Assembly: GCF_037042905.1 (NCBI RefSeq)
Contig: NC_087245.1
Location: forward strand, 6,698,001 to 6,762,000
Length of the DNA: 64,000 nt
Reading direction: 5' to 3'
DNA from: Lytechinus pictus
Lineage: Eukaryota
Position numbers and translations under genes: made by a program. Shown piece by piece: positions 27,501 through 40,063 of this stretch (the stretch's first letter is position 1; each line of letters begins with the position of its first letter). The notes below the pieces were generated by a model. The model worked only from the letters and a program-made list of their open reading frames with translations, was not told where the DNA came from and did no database searches.

Positions 27501-30343
27501 ACCACCTGAATGTCTACTCCCATATTTTTTTTTCTCATTGGAATGGTAAGAATTATACTGATAAAAGTGTTTAGAGCAAAAAGGTTCTTCACATGACAAA
27601 AACTCATTTCCATGTGAGATATAAATTGCTCCAAAACATGATTTTGTGTATGGGTGCAAATGCAGTTTTTGTCTCACCTGCATAACAGAGTGAGACTATA
27701 GGCGCCGCTTTTCAGACAGCGGCGGCGTCAACACCAAATCTTAACCGAAGGTTAAGTTTTTGAAATGACAACATAACTTAGAAAGTATATAGACCTAGTT
27801 CATGAAACTTGGCCATAAGGTCAATCAAGTATTACTAAACATCCTGCCTGAGTTTCATGTCACATGACCAAGGTCAAAGGTCATTTAGGGTCAATGAATT
27901 TAGACCATGTTTGGGGAATCAACATCAAAATCTTAACCTAAGGTTAAGTTTTTGAAATGTCATCTTAACTTAGAAGATATATGGACCTAGTTTATGAAAC
28001 CTGGCCATAAGGTCAATCAAGTATTACTTAACATCCTGCCTGAGTTTCATGTCACATGACCAAGGTCAAAGGTCATTTAGGGTCAATGAACTCGGACCAT
28101 GTTTGGGGAATCAACATCAAAATCTTAACCTAAGGTTAAGTTTTTGAAATGTCATCATAACTTTGAAAGTATATTGGTCTAGTTCATAAAACTTGGACAT
28201 AAGAGTAATCAAGTATCACTGAACATCCTGTGCGAGTTTCAGGTCACATGACCAAGGTCAAAGGTCAATGGATATTGGCCATGTTGGGGGTATTTGTTGA
28301 ATTACCATCATAACTCTGTAAGTATATTGGTCTAGTTCATAAAACTTGGACATTAGAGTCGTCAAGTATCACTGAAGATCTCATGCGAGTTTCAGGTCAC
28401 ATGACCAAAGTCATTACATGTGGATATAGAGGTAATCAAGTATCACTGAAAAGCTTTAGGTCACATGATCAAGGTCCAATGTCAATGAACGTAGTATTGT
28501 ATCATTATATGAATGGTGTTTTTTGTGAATAATTATTGAAATGGTGTTTTTCAAAGTCAGCACTGCTGCTATATTGAATCACGTGATGCAGGTGAGACCG
28601 CCAGAGGCATTCCACTTGTCTCATTATTCATCAAGATATTATTTTTTCTTTCAACTGCTGAAAGTAATTGATTTTAAAAAGTTATGCAATAAATTTGGCC
28701 TAAAATAATGAAAAACAAAAGGTCAGCAAAGAAATATATAAGAAATTAATAGATCAATAAAATTCAAAAGAGTAGTTTTTAATCTCAAAGGTTTTTCCAA
28801 ATACAATTGTTGGAAAGACTGCGAATAATAATTGCACAAAACTTAGCAACTCAGTAGCTTTATTAAGTGGATTGGAGCAATAAGTATGATTTACTCATAA
28901 ATTAGCAGAAATAATTCATTTGAGAAATATCAGCCACACAGCCTTGTAGACAACATCGCACACTACCATTTTGTACATTTCCTCAGTGCTCACGATCACA
29001 GTGGTTAAGATATCAAGGAGGGGCATTGACTTAACCCCCCTCCCCCGAAAAATGCCTGGCCTGGTTAGGGTAGATTTATTCTGACTTTCACAATGATAAT
29101 ACAATTTAGTATGGTTCTTATACAGACCACCAATGCATTGAAAGTGGTATTAAGAGAATCTTTGTATTAAGACCACCAATAGATAATGCCACACACAGTT
29201 GTAAGAGTTGAATTACATCATTCTCCATTGGCCTCATGTTGTCCCTTATATCATGCTTTCCTTTTTTCTGTTGCATCTTTTTATTTTATTTTGAGCTATC
29301 TCTTTTTCTATCTGTGCATATAGATGTGTGTCTCATTCGCAGAGAGCCTTTGGTCTTGGGGTGCAGACTGTCATATATGGCCTCGGTAGGTAATCTATAC
29401 ATGTTATGGAGTGGTCTTGGGGTGCAGACTGTCATATATGACCTTAGTATGTTATTTGTATACATGTTATGGAGTGGTCTTGGGGTGCAGACTGTCATAT
29501 ATGACCTTGGTAGGTTATTTGTATACATGTTATGGGATGGTCTTAGGGTGCAGACTGTATATGACCTTGGTATGTTATTTGTACACATATCATGTAAGTT
29601 GTTGTCTTATCAGGGTTAGAGGTTTTTTTTTTAGTTGTACTTTGTTGGTTTAGATGTTTCCATATGTTATGTAAAGAATATGTCACATATTTTTAATACT
29701 AGCACACTATGGATTTTTTGTGTAAAATTTAAACAATAACCATGGCAGTTATTGTTCCATTAATAAATTCTTGTTTTTGCATTAAAAAAGAGTCATTTTA
29801 TATCTAGTAGTGAATATTGATTATAAAGAAACATATTCCACTTTTTCAATTTGCAATGTTCCTTTTTAGGTATATATAAAGATCAATTAGGTCTTTCTTA
29901 ATAAATATATAAAAGTGTAAGAAAGTGCACTTTTCCATTGTCTGTCTTAAAATGCGAATTAAGACAAAATTATGTTTTATTTTGTATTTTTGGTCCATCG
30001 ATCACATGATGTAGCAGTTAACTACAAAGTCTGTAAAGAAAGCAAACTCTTTCGTGTTGCTTGCTGATTACTCTTATTATTTGATCTTGTAGGAAGCGCC
30101 CCAGCACCGATCGTCTTTGGTTTGTTCATTGACAAGTCTTGCCTGGTGTGGGAGTCTCTATGTGAAGGATCTCAGATATGCTGGCTCTATGACAACCGTA
30201 CCTTGGCTTTCACCATGCTAGGGTTATGCCTATGTGGAAAGATTCTTTCTTTCATCTTCTTTGGTTTAGCCCATGTCTTCTATCGACCTTACTTGGACAT
30301 CAAGGAGGATGAGGAAAGAGAAGAGGAACAAGATGAAGTATAA
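15596..30343 (+). CDS. SLCO: SLCO/OATP transporter paralog B (SLCO4-like), about 726 aa; exons 15596-15844, 16785-17169, 20170-20325, 20795-20894, 22246-22367, 23909-24163, 24633-24825, 25680-25845, 26476-26717, 29324-29385, 30093-30343
   Basis: All introns GT-AG and phase-consistent, total 2181 nt; motifs CGWCG, LTTLEKRF, GVTYLDEN, DHPLWVGAWWLGFL (OATP signature), Kazal-like CNTHCDC..FEPVCGSDDIMYYSPCHAGC, PAPIVFGLFIDKSCLVW..CWLYDN. Confidence 0.92.
16005..16270. repeat. Tandem duplication of about 140-150 bp in intron 1 of paralog B
   Basis: ggggtaacct..aagcagcaacccacct..tagctctgacattaataat..atattactgag occurs twice. Confidence 0.75.
18662..20071. mobile_element. Small MITE (GGGCCTGCTGCATAAA TIRs) split by the Helentron-like insertion
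   Basis: gggcctgctgcataaa at 18662 and tttatgcagcaggccc ending at about 20071. Confidence 0.6.
18763..20022 (+). mobile_element. Helentron/DINE-like non-autonomous element carrying about 7 tandem units of 154-192 bp
   Basis: 5' T-run plus subTIR/hairpin GTCTCACCTGCatagcagaGTGAGAC; 3' subTIR GCAGGTGAGAC; ends in ccacttgt; unit contains gaaacttggacataa..gtcacatgaccaaggtcaaagg. Confidence 0.75.
22618..22870. repeat. About 55-bp minisatellite, roughly 5 units
   Basis: tagtttaaattctgaattggtt..agaacactgtgaaattgttgcttgtttcc repeated. Confidence 0.8.
23270..23750 (-). mobile_element. Degraded L2/CR1-group LINE 3' fragment
   Basis: The minus strand translates to LHWLPI and GDRAFLKAAPAKWNALP, typical of L2-type ORF2 C-termini; frames are disrupted. 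Confidence 0.65.
26380..26440 (+). mobile_element. 61-bp retro-insertion with 14-bp TSD containing a minimal hammerhead-like motif (Penelope pLTR-like)
   Basis: AATATATTTGCATG at 26366-26379 and 26441-26454; insert reads gcct-ccgacga-a-gattct-gct-aggatc-gaaa-gctt-aggc. Confidence 0.6.
26790..27388. mobile_element. TTAA-flanked MITE (AGGACAAGTCCACCCC termini; Kolobok-like)
   Basis: Long imperfect TIRs including aaaatttcatcaaa..ggatgtaaaataagaaagttatgaca; family members at about 31380-32080, 39488-40063 and 61230-61668. Confidence 0.7.
27666..28619 (+). mobile_element. Helentron/DINE-like element with about 4-5 internal units
   Basis: Ends and units nearly identical to 18763-20022. Confidence 0.75.
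29351..29592 (+). repeat. Four-copy 61-64-bp minisatellite derived from the exon 10/intron 10 junction of paralog B
   Basis: tggtcttggggtgcagactgtcatatatg.cct..gta.gt...tacatgttatgg repeated four times; the first copy overlaps the coding exon. Confidence 0.85.
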
Positions 30344-32576
30344 TAGTTATTGTCTATGAATGGGTGAATCAAGATGGATGAAATACCTACCAGTTCTGAT
30401 CCCTATGTCATAACAGATACAATCTATCAAAATACAAGTAAGCATAAATATAAGTCCGTGGCAAATAGTATACAGGAAATTACAATTAATTGTAATTATT
30501 AAGGGTGTCTCTTTATGTTACACTCTTGTTTTTGTATCATACAGTTACACTTGGACTTAGATTTTTATTTTTATTTTTTGCAGAATTTTGAGACATCCGA
30601 GTATTCAGATCATACTCAGGGATGGGTACTATTGAGTAGTTTATTAATGAAAGTGAGCATTAAAATAACGTTGATACATGTTTGTCCTACCAAACTCTCT
30701 GTGACCACGTCTTTTGATCGATCAGTGTAGAGGTTGGGAATAATGAGAACAAACATAGACCTTTTGGGCTTTCCATAGTAAACAAAGCCCTACGAAGCTT
30801 TCCATAGTTCCTCTTCAGATGGTCTTAGTCTTTTTTACACTTTATGTACTCCTTTGTCTTTCTTGCCGTTTCTTTCTTGTTTGCAAGCAATACAATATCA
30901 CAAAGAAATTTGATAAAGTGGTATATTACAATTATGTTCATGTTGAATAGATAAAAAAGGTTGTTATAATAATTCTATTTCTTTCTCTTTGATATGCCTT
31001 TTTGTGCCCCTGTAAAAAGTTGTATACTTAAATGGTATTGTTCAATTTTGCATTATTTATTTAACTGTGTATTTTTGTATTTTCTTATTTTCCTTTCTTG
31101 CAAATGACCCATATTACTTTATTAACTAGATTTCTCCCCCAAACAGATTTGAAGATTTAAAAAAATGATGTAACTTGATGAATAAATTAGCAGAGAGAGG
31201 AATATATCAATAGAACACTGCAGGAAACAAAATATTGTTTTCATTGCAGATATTAATCTTGATCAAAGTGATTAAAGTATTAAAGATGGTTAATAAAATC
31301 ATGCTTCAAGATTAAGTACATGTTTAATGGTAAGGTAGGTATTCTACTACAGTATTCACCATTAGCTGCTTTTTCTTCTTTAAACACCAATCCACCCTAT
31401 AAACAAAAAGTGAATTTGAATAAATACAGGAAAAAACAACAAGCATAATGATGAACATTTCATCAAAATTGGATGTGAAATAAGGAAGTTATGAAATTTA
31501 AAGTATCTCTTATTTCAACAAACAGTTACATGCACAACACAGGTTATATGGAAATGAGAGAGTCAATCATGACACAAATTCACTTTTCTTGTGTATTTTA
31601 TTATATGAAATATAGAATATTTCTTTTTTTTAAGGGGGGGGGGGTATGACAACAAAAAAGCATCTTTATTAAATCACAAAAGTTGTAAAAAAATTTAATC
31701 CTATATTTCCAATGAGGGATCAAACCTGTGTTTCATTTAGTAATGAGACGGAAAAAAATAAGATGCATGTATTTTATATTTCAAATAATAGAATACAAAA
31801 AAAAATTATGAGTAGATGACATCATAGGTCCCCTCAATTGCACCTGAACGAATATGTACATAAATATATTGTGTATTAAGAAAAACTTTAGAATACCCTA
31901 ACTTTCTTATATCACATCAGATTTTGAGGAAATCATCATGTTCAACATCATGTTTGTTTAATTTTTTTTTCATTCAAGTCATTGTATTTATTTCATTTAT
32001 TTATGTATTTTTATTTCTTATATATTTATATATTTATTTATTTGTTAGGGGGAGGATGGAAGGGGTGGACTTGTGACATATGCAATAAACTATGTGAAAT
32101 GGTTCATTATTTCATTCTGTATTGACAGGGTGTATCCAGGGGGGGGGGGACATGTCCCCTTTTAACCCAGATTTTTACACTAATAGTACCCTGTGGTATT
32201 TAGTGCCCCTCTTGTGCCCCACCCCCCATTTTCAAAGGGAGGTTAAAAATACAACCTATGTGATGATCTGGGTAATCATTGTGTCTGTCAATTTTCAGTA
32301 CTAACATCCTAATAGATCTTGGCTGCTTTTGTTGTTGTTCATAAGCATAGCATTGCAAAAACCATTCACAGAGTACTACGCGACATTTATGTTCCACTTG
32401 CTTTGTCTCTCACTTTATCTCTACCGTTCCTTTAATTGATGATTAATGCATTGTTTTTATTTATTTTCCCTTTTATCATTAACTACTGTTCTCTTGTAGT
32501 TACACTCATGTCGGCTCTTAGTTTTATGTTTTTTGTTATTTTTTTTTTAAATATGCAATTTCAAAATTCTTTCTTA

Positions 32577-34580
32577 AGGGGCTTTCACACCGAAGGTAGC
32601 ATAGAGTTGCGTAGAGACTACGCAGCCATTTGTTTTGCATACGCAAGTCTACGCAAGTGGGTATGCGGGAGGAATGCAGAAAATTAAACATGTTTAATAT
32701 TTTGGCGTACTGTTGGCGTAGAGCCAGAGAATGCAGGACATACGCAAGCCTACGCAACACTACGTAACTGTACGCCATTGCTATGCAACACTACGCAAAA
32801 ATGCCCCGGTTTCTCAAAACGCCTTTTTTAGAATGGCGTAGTGTTGCGTATAGAGCGACGTAGACTTGCGTAGACCTGGCGTACAGTTGCGTATAGTTGC
32901 TAATTATTGGCGTACTCATGCTGGATCCCATTGTTTCTCATCAGGTTTTTGCTGATTGTGCAGTCAGTCACGATAAAAGCTCTGCCATAACCAAATCAGC
33001 ACTGCACTTAATTTGAATGCTTGAGTGTTCTGTCTATATTGATGCAAGATACCAAAACAATAAGACCAAGAGGGGCAAGAAATCTCCTGTCCTTTCTGTT
33101 TCAAGTGACCAAGATGGAGATTCACCTGCACCACAATCTGTACATAGTGATGCAGCTAGCGGTGAAACTCCAAAACAACAGAAGAAAAAGAGACAGGCAA
33201 AACAATCAAGGTACTTAGTAGATCAAAAACAGTAAATTGAAATCAGAAATACTTAGTGGGCTTTTTCTGATTTCTCATTCTAAATTTGTGTTTTTATATA
33301 TCACATACAAAATCAGAACACGGTTTCAGCTCTGTGGTTCTGTTTGCAAAAACGCAAAAAGCAAATCGCAATACGCTTTCCGCTCTGTAATTCTATTTTC
33401 GGACAACCTCACCGCAAACATCAACATTGATGTCGGCTCTCTGATTTCTGACTTGCTTTCATCAATATTAAAGAACACCATCTACGTCAACAAAATGTTT
33501 AAAACGCCAAATTTCATAGTTATCTTGATAGAATTCAAAGTAAATCACCGTTCTAGCATATATACTGGCAAGCATATGGGTGTCGATCTGTATTCATGGT
33601 TGGGGGCTGCTTTGTTCTCTTGTGAGGGATCTTTTTTAATAGCTTTTATTTTATTATTTTTTTAGTTTGGGCGGAGGTCAGTGGCGTAATGAGACTAAAG
33701 TTTTCGGGGCAAGACACGACAAAAGGGCAAAATAATTTCAAATTAAGTGAGTGATCGAGGGAAGCGAGCGAGCCAAAAATATATTTTTAATACATAAATC
33801 AATTTGTTATGACGGATTTTGTCATGATGTTAAGAACATATATCATAATCAGTTGCAAAAATGTGATTTATCTATTTAAAAGGCTATTTTTGGCTCGGTC
33901 GCTTCCCTCGCTCACAGCATTTCGAAATTAATTTAGCCCTTTATGTCATGTCTTGCCCCGAAAACTTTAGAATGGACTTAACAGACAACTCATTATATCT
34001 TTATCCTACTTCACAGCATTACAGTGTTCCGGACAGCAGCAAAGAGTTTTTTTTTATTATTTATGTATTTATTAAAAGTCAATGCAAATATATAATACAC
34101 AGTATATAAATAAATCTCCAATGTTTAGAAATAAAACAGATCAAAGAAAATTAAAATATATACACGTAATTGAAATTATTTTGAAAAAAAAAAAATGGTT
34201 TATAACAATAATTAAAAGGCAGAGTAAACGACATAAAATAGACAACAGTATATTTAAAATGAATAAACATATGAAGCAAGAACCTCGAGAGTGAATTACT
34301 TCAAAGTCTTAAAAGCTTGTTGGGCTCCTGGGGACAGGAGAAAAAGCAAAGACCAGCAAAGAGTTGCTTGAGAAGTTTATAAAGCAGGGAATGATATAGG
34401 CCTGCTGTATTTTGTTTCCGCGAAGATGCCATACGCAACCGTACGCAACACTACGTAGACAAGTTACGCAACTCTACGCGACACTATGCTCCCCTACGCA
34501 GGGACTACGCCGATGGATACGCAGCCAATTCTCGCGTACTCCCTACGCAACTCTACGCAACCTTCGGTGTGAAAGCCCCT
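32577..34580. mobile_element. 2-kb non-autonomous PIF/Harbinger-like element
   Basis: TIR AGGGGCTTTCACACCGAAGG / CCTTCGGTGTGAAAGCCCCT; 3-bp TTA TSD; subterminal tacgca/tgcgta repeats; internal hairpin MITE at about 33695-33970. Confidence 0.8.
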
Positions 34581-36436
34581 TTAAACTCAAGCAAGAGTGA
34601 ATTGTGTTGAACAGTTATTCATTTTGGACATCATGAAATATGTCATATTTTCTGTTAAACAAAACGTGTTGTGAAAGGTTTTAGTTTGATAGCTGATTTA
34701 GGTATATGTATTGCATGTGATCTTAAGTCAAATGTAAAGATCAAAGAATAGGTTTTACTGAAATATGTTTGGTGCTTTAGTGAGGAAAGTTGTTTAGAGC
34801 TTTTTATGAAGATTTGAAATATTAAAGTGTCAATGTTTGAAATGTATTTTCTGCAATGCAGTATGAAGAAAGTACTGAAAAGTCTGATTGTCCCATGTAT
34901 GATTATCATTCACTGATGATCATGAGCAATCAAAAATACGTCTAAGAAATGTTCCTAATTTGTGCTTAGATTTATTTCAATTTTACTTATGCTTTAATAT
35001 CTGTGCAATTTCCATTCAAGAAAACCAGTGTAGTAGTCATTGTTAAAGTTTGATTCATCATGTTGATTGTTACTAAAAGCTTTTTTGAATTTGTAGTATT
35101 AATTGTTGACTATGAGAATGTAATTTATTTAAGTGTGTCTTTAGAAGTGACACCAGGGTATTTTTTGTAACTTAGAGAGGTGGACTAATGACCTGAATTA
35201 AAGTTTGTTTTTTTCTTAGCTGTAAATAATGTTAAAGAGACTCAGTACCAATATCTCTTTTGGATACACTTACTTTTTTTCTTACTTTTTTTCTTACTTT
35301 ATTCCCCTTTGCCCTCATTTAACTTTTCTTTTCCACTGCTTGGTTAACCCCTCCCCTGTAGCATATCACATGTCCTCAGAGATCAACACCATTATAGAAT
35401 ATGTTGAAGAATTATAATACCATGAAGGATTTGTGTTTTTAGGAGTATATTACCGCTATGTATTAATGTCACTTCAGAACTTTACTGTAGCCCCTTAAAG
35501 AATTTGATTTCTTCCTCGACTGCCTCTCATGTTCAAAAGTTCTATTGCACGGTTTTAAGTCTCTTGTGTTTTCTGTTTTATTAAGTGAATGAGTGCCTTG
35601 AATGTATGTTTTATGCAAACAGTGTATTTATATGAGGTTATAAACCAGCCTTATTTTGAGGTTATAAACCAGCCTTATGTTTGGAAAAAAATTCAATAAA
35701 ATCATGGTTTCCTTGATGAGAATCCTACTTGTTTGTCATTATTTTCTGAAGTGGTTTTTGTCTCGTCTGCATCATAGCAGAGCGAGACTTTAGGGACCGC
35801 TTTCTGATGGCGGCAGCGGCATCTTCGTCAACACCTGGCGAGGGGGGGGGGGGTTCGGTGCACTAAAATGCTGAAGAGCTCTGTGATACCTCCCCTTCCT
35901 ATCCGTTAAAAATGAATTTCAGCTGCATGTCAGCGTGGACCTACTAGAGAGGAAACGTAGCCCGGGAAACGTAGCAATAAATCGAGAAAACAACATATTT
36001 GGAGCCATGAAATAAAATTCGCATTTTGAACGTACAGAAACAGTGCATTCAATTTAGGGAATTGAGTATTGGAGAAATTGGGAGTTTGTGACACCCTAAC
36101 GAAAAAAAAGAATCAAGCACCATTAAAAAATGAAAAATTTTCATTTCAAATGATAACAGCGAGTTTTCACAATCGCGACGGGGGCGGATTCTACGAAATA
36201 GAAAATCCATGTGAAAAAGCCCATCGAATCACAATGAACAGCTAAGAGGGCTTTGTCGAAATGGTGAACCGGGACAGCTGGTCATCATAAAACTATCAGC
36301 TGATGAAATAATTGCAATATGTCGTTTGTCCAGAGTCCAGGACGACATTGCTGTTTTGATTCACCGATTTTCGACAAAGATTGCTTTGCCATGAAAGGCT
36401 TTTGACAGTACTGAGGTCTATATTTTCATGTTTTCA

Positions 36437-36988
36437 TGTTTTTCTATAAAAAGGATCTCTTGCCTAATTCCCTTAAGAATTATTTTTTATTAAACACATC
36501 TGTACATACTTATTCAACAAGAAATGCCCAAAATATCCATATTCCACAGTGCAGTACTTCCATCTTAAAAAACGGTATATTTTATCAAGGACCAGTTATT
36601 TGGAACTCGATCCCTTCTGACATTCAATCAAGCCCTTCGGTATCTGTTTTTTAAAAGGAAATACAAAACATTTTTATTGTCTAAGTCTTAAGATTTATTT
36701 TTGGTTCTCCCCCCCCCCCCATTCTCATTCGGTTAAGGTTTAGTTAGGTGTTTGTTTGTTATGTTTTGTTTTTGTTTTTTTTCTCATTGAATTTGTGATT
36801 ATATGTTTTTAATATTTCTTTAAGTACAATTTTTGTCATGGGTTGGCTCACACAAGGTTTCTTCCTTTTTTGTCATTACCTTCCTCACTTTCTTTAAATT
36901 TGATGTTCATTGTATTTACATTGTCTATTTTTTAATGTATTTTTTATCTTGATCTCTTGAGGAGAAATAAATGAAACTTGAAACTTAA
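36437..36988 (+). mobile_element. 5'-truncated CR1/L2-group LINE 3' end
   Basis: HTYSTRN..IFYQGPVIWNSIP C-terminal motif, then a 3' UTR ending aataaatgaaacttgaaactt; lies between inverted repeats at about 36160-36195 and 36990-37027. Confidence 0.65.
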
Positions 36989-37264
36989 GTTGTAGAATCC
37001 GTCCCTGTCGCTATTGTAAAAACTCATTGATGTTCCTTTGATGCCAAGATCCAAAGAGATCCGAACTGCCTGTATTTAGGCAGAACCGGTAACAGGGGCG
37101 GCGCCAGAATATATTGATAGGGAGATCGGCAAGACATCATTTTGTCCATAGAGTGACACGGCCCACCTACTTTTCATACACTTCTTCCTTATCCCCCCTA
37201 TTTTCTCCAGTTTGCTTTTTCGTTTTTACTACATGGGGCAGGTGCGTTCACCCAATGCCCCAAG

Positions 37265-37450
37265 CAGGGGCGGATCCAGGACTTTTCGAAGGGGGGGGGG
37301 CACATTTTCCCGTAGGATAATTTGACAAGCAAAAAAAAAAGGGAGCACACTCCTGTTTTAACGGCATTTTTACATTACAAATTTTAATTGTTCCTCTCAA
37401 AGGAGGGGGGCACGGGCCGGCTGTGCCTTCCCCCCCCTGGATCCGCCAAT
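37265..37450. mobile_element. MITE (CAGGGGCGGATCCAGG TIR), hAT-like
   Basis: Inverted ends ggcggatccagg / cctggatccgcc; gccccaag repeated on both flanks. Confidence 0.65.
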
Positions 37451-37661
37451 GCCCCAAGGTGCCAGGTGTGTATTGTAAATTAGCCAGCATTCATGATTCG
37501 TAGATGGAATCCATTTGACTGTTTGAGTAGCAGTCTGTAACACTGAATGGTTGCAAGATAAACAAGACAGATAATTCTATCACAAATGCAACGAACATGA
37601 AACGATCTCATTTTGTGTTCAATTTCAAAGTCCAAAGAACTTAACACAATATACGTCTTAG

Positions 37662-38096
37662 CACTAGCGTACCTACGGGGGGGGGGGGGGCAGAGGGGGC
37701 AGTCTGCCCCCCCCCCTGACGAGCCACAACCCATGCAAAGGACGTATCCCTGCCCCCCCTGACGAGCTTGAAGACCTTTATTGCCCCCCCCCCCTGACGA
37801 GCTTAAAGACCTTTTTTATTTTTATTTTTTTGCTTGTCAAATTTTTTTCTGGTACGAAATCCTTCATTTGTGATTGAAGACCTTTTTTTTGGTCAAATTT
37901 TTTTCTGGTACGAAATCCTTCATTTGTGATTGAAGACCTTTTTTTTTTGGGGGGGGGGGGCTTGTCAATTTTTTTTCTGGTACGAAATCCTTCATTTGTG
38001 ATTGAAGACCTTTTTTTTTTTTTTTTTTTTGGCTTGTCAAATTTTTTGGCGGACGGTTTTGCCCCCCCCCTGTGAAAAATCCCAGGTACGCCACTG
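37662..38096. mobile_element. hAT-like MITE (CACTAGCGTACC...GGTACGCCACTG) with internal tandem repeats
   Basis: 8-bp TSD CGTCTTAG at 37654-37661 and 38097-38104. Confidence 0.8.
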
Positions 38097-39487
38097 CGTC
38101 TTAGTATTTGTATTGTAATTGTTGATGAGTCTTTTTTTGTTTCTTAATGGACTGTGATGTGATCAGAATACATGCACCCTGTTCTAGTTTGTTGCATTCG
38201 TTTACTGAGTCGAGTCTCAAAAATCTTACAAGACATTTAGTCATGATAATGATGGGATTTACCCGAAATTAATCTACATAAATTATTTCCTATTTCTAAG
38301 GAAGGGCGCGATTTTCACATACTGTATTCTCTTTAAAAAAAGGTTCCGATATTGTTCCTTTCTGTCCCATCCTGGGGCATGGAATACGTGCGACTTGTTT
38401 CCCGGTTATTGCTGTTGTTTTCCCTCTTTATTTGAGGATATTAAACTTATTGCTAATCATGGAGAAAGGGATTTTGCTTCATAAGTTTTACCAAGCAGGA
38501 TATGAAACGATCCGTGATATTTAGAAACAAGCTTAGATCAAGGTGGTGCTGGATGACAAAAAAGGGTTTTACTTGCATCCGTGCAAAGAGGAGATATCTT
38601 TGAATCCGCTGCGTTATAGTGCTCAAGATTTGTCTCTTTAAAAATTATACATATTTCTATGATCCCCCGACCCCTCTCCCTCATACCTCCATCCAACACA
38701 TTTTTTAGCGTTTCCCCTCTTTCTCTCCCTCGCTTATCTGTCATTCTCTCTTCAAAATTTATTACCCCCCCCCCTCCATATAATAATTTTCTTCATGAAC
38801 GAACCTCGATGTCTCATCATTCTAGTTCAAATAAATCCTTCTTAAAAGTAATGCAATTTTCTTTAGAGTAGTGGTAAGTCTTATATGATTCGTTATATCC
38901 TTTGTCATGTCTGCACACCAGTTATCTGTGTTTACCAACGTGCCTATCGACCTGTATTTTATCTATTTAGGATCATTTCAGGACTCGGTGTTTTGCGAAG
39001 CTTAATGCGGCTACACTGTTTTCGAATAAGTCGTGCGAGCTGGAAAAGAGGACCTCATGTTATATAATTAGTCATTTCAATTATTGGATCAATATCTAAA
39101 ATAACGTTGTTTTTATGGAAACGTCGTCGTAGTGGTCTTTTAGTGGTTCCTACTATCATTTCAGTCAAGAGGGTCACGAGCTCGAATCCCTCTGCAAATC
39201 AAGAACACCATCTAGAAGAGTGTGCTGTCCTCAATGCACGAGGTAAGTTACCAAAAGTTATCCCCCCAAAAGGGATTTATTCCTTGATTGCTTATGGTTC
39301 CTCAGCTACAATTGTGATACACTGCTATTTATTGAGCGCCGTAGAGCAGCTGGATCATTCATTTGTATATAGAATTCAAGCAACACGAAAGCATTTTTTT
39401 TTCAAAGTTAAGTTTTAATGCGGAACACACAATAGTAAAGGAATGGCGTCGTCACATTTTCGTAGTTGAAACCTACATGATTATTAA

Positions 39488-40063
39488 ATGTCAAGTCCAC
39501 CTCATAAAAAATGTTGATTTGAATCGAAAGAGAAAAATCAGACAAGCATAATGCTGAAAATTTCATCAAAATCGGATGTAAAATAAAAAAGTTATGATAT
39601 TTTAAAGTTTCTTATTTTTCACAAAATAGTTATAGGCACAATTTAGTCACATGCAAATGAGAGAATCGATGATGTCCCTCTTGTTTGAATTAAACAATAT
39701 TTTTTTTTTTACAGATTTGATAATAAGGACCAACTTGACTGAATCATATAATGTTAAACAATGGTATTTCCACATGTTCAGTGAGAAATAAAACTTTGTT
39801 TCACATGCAATGAGGAAAAAATTAGAATATTCTATATTTCTTATAATAAAATACAAAAAAAAAAAGTGAATGAGTGATGTCATCAATTCCCTCATTTGCA
39901 TACCGACCGGGGTGTGCATGTAATCATTATGTGAAATTAAGCAAAACTTTAAAATGTCATTTTTTAAATTTTAAATCCGATTTTGATGAAATTTTCAGCG
40001 TTATGTTTGTTAGATTTTTCTCTTTTTATTCAAATCAACTTTTTGATGGGGTGGACTTGTCCT
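39488..40063. mobile_element. TTAA-flanked Kolobok-like MITE
   Basis: ttaa-atgtcaagtccac ... gtggacttgtcct-ttaa; same family as 26790-27388, in opposite orientation. Confidence 0.7.

Noticed and set aside
29236..29653. Overlapping 80-127-aa repetitive ORFs
   Set aside because: They arise from the junction minisatellite; only 29324-29385 fits the SLCO frame.
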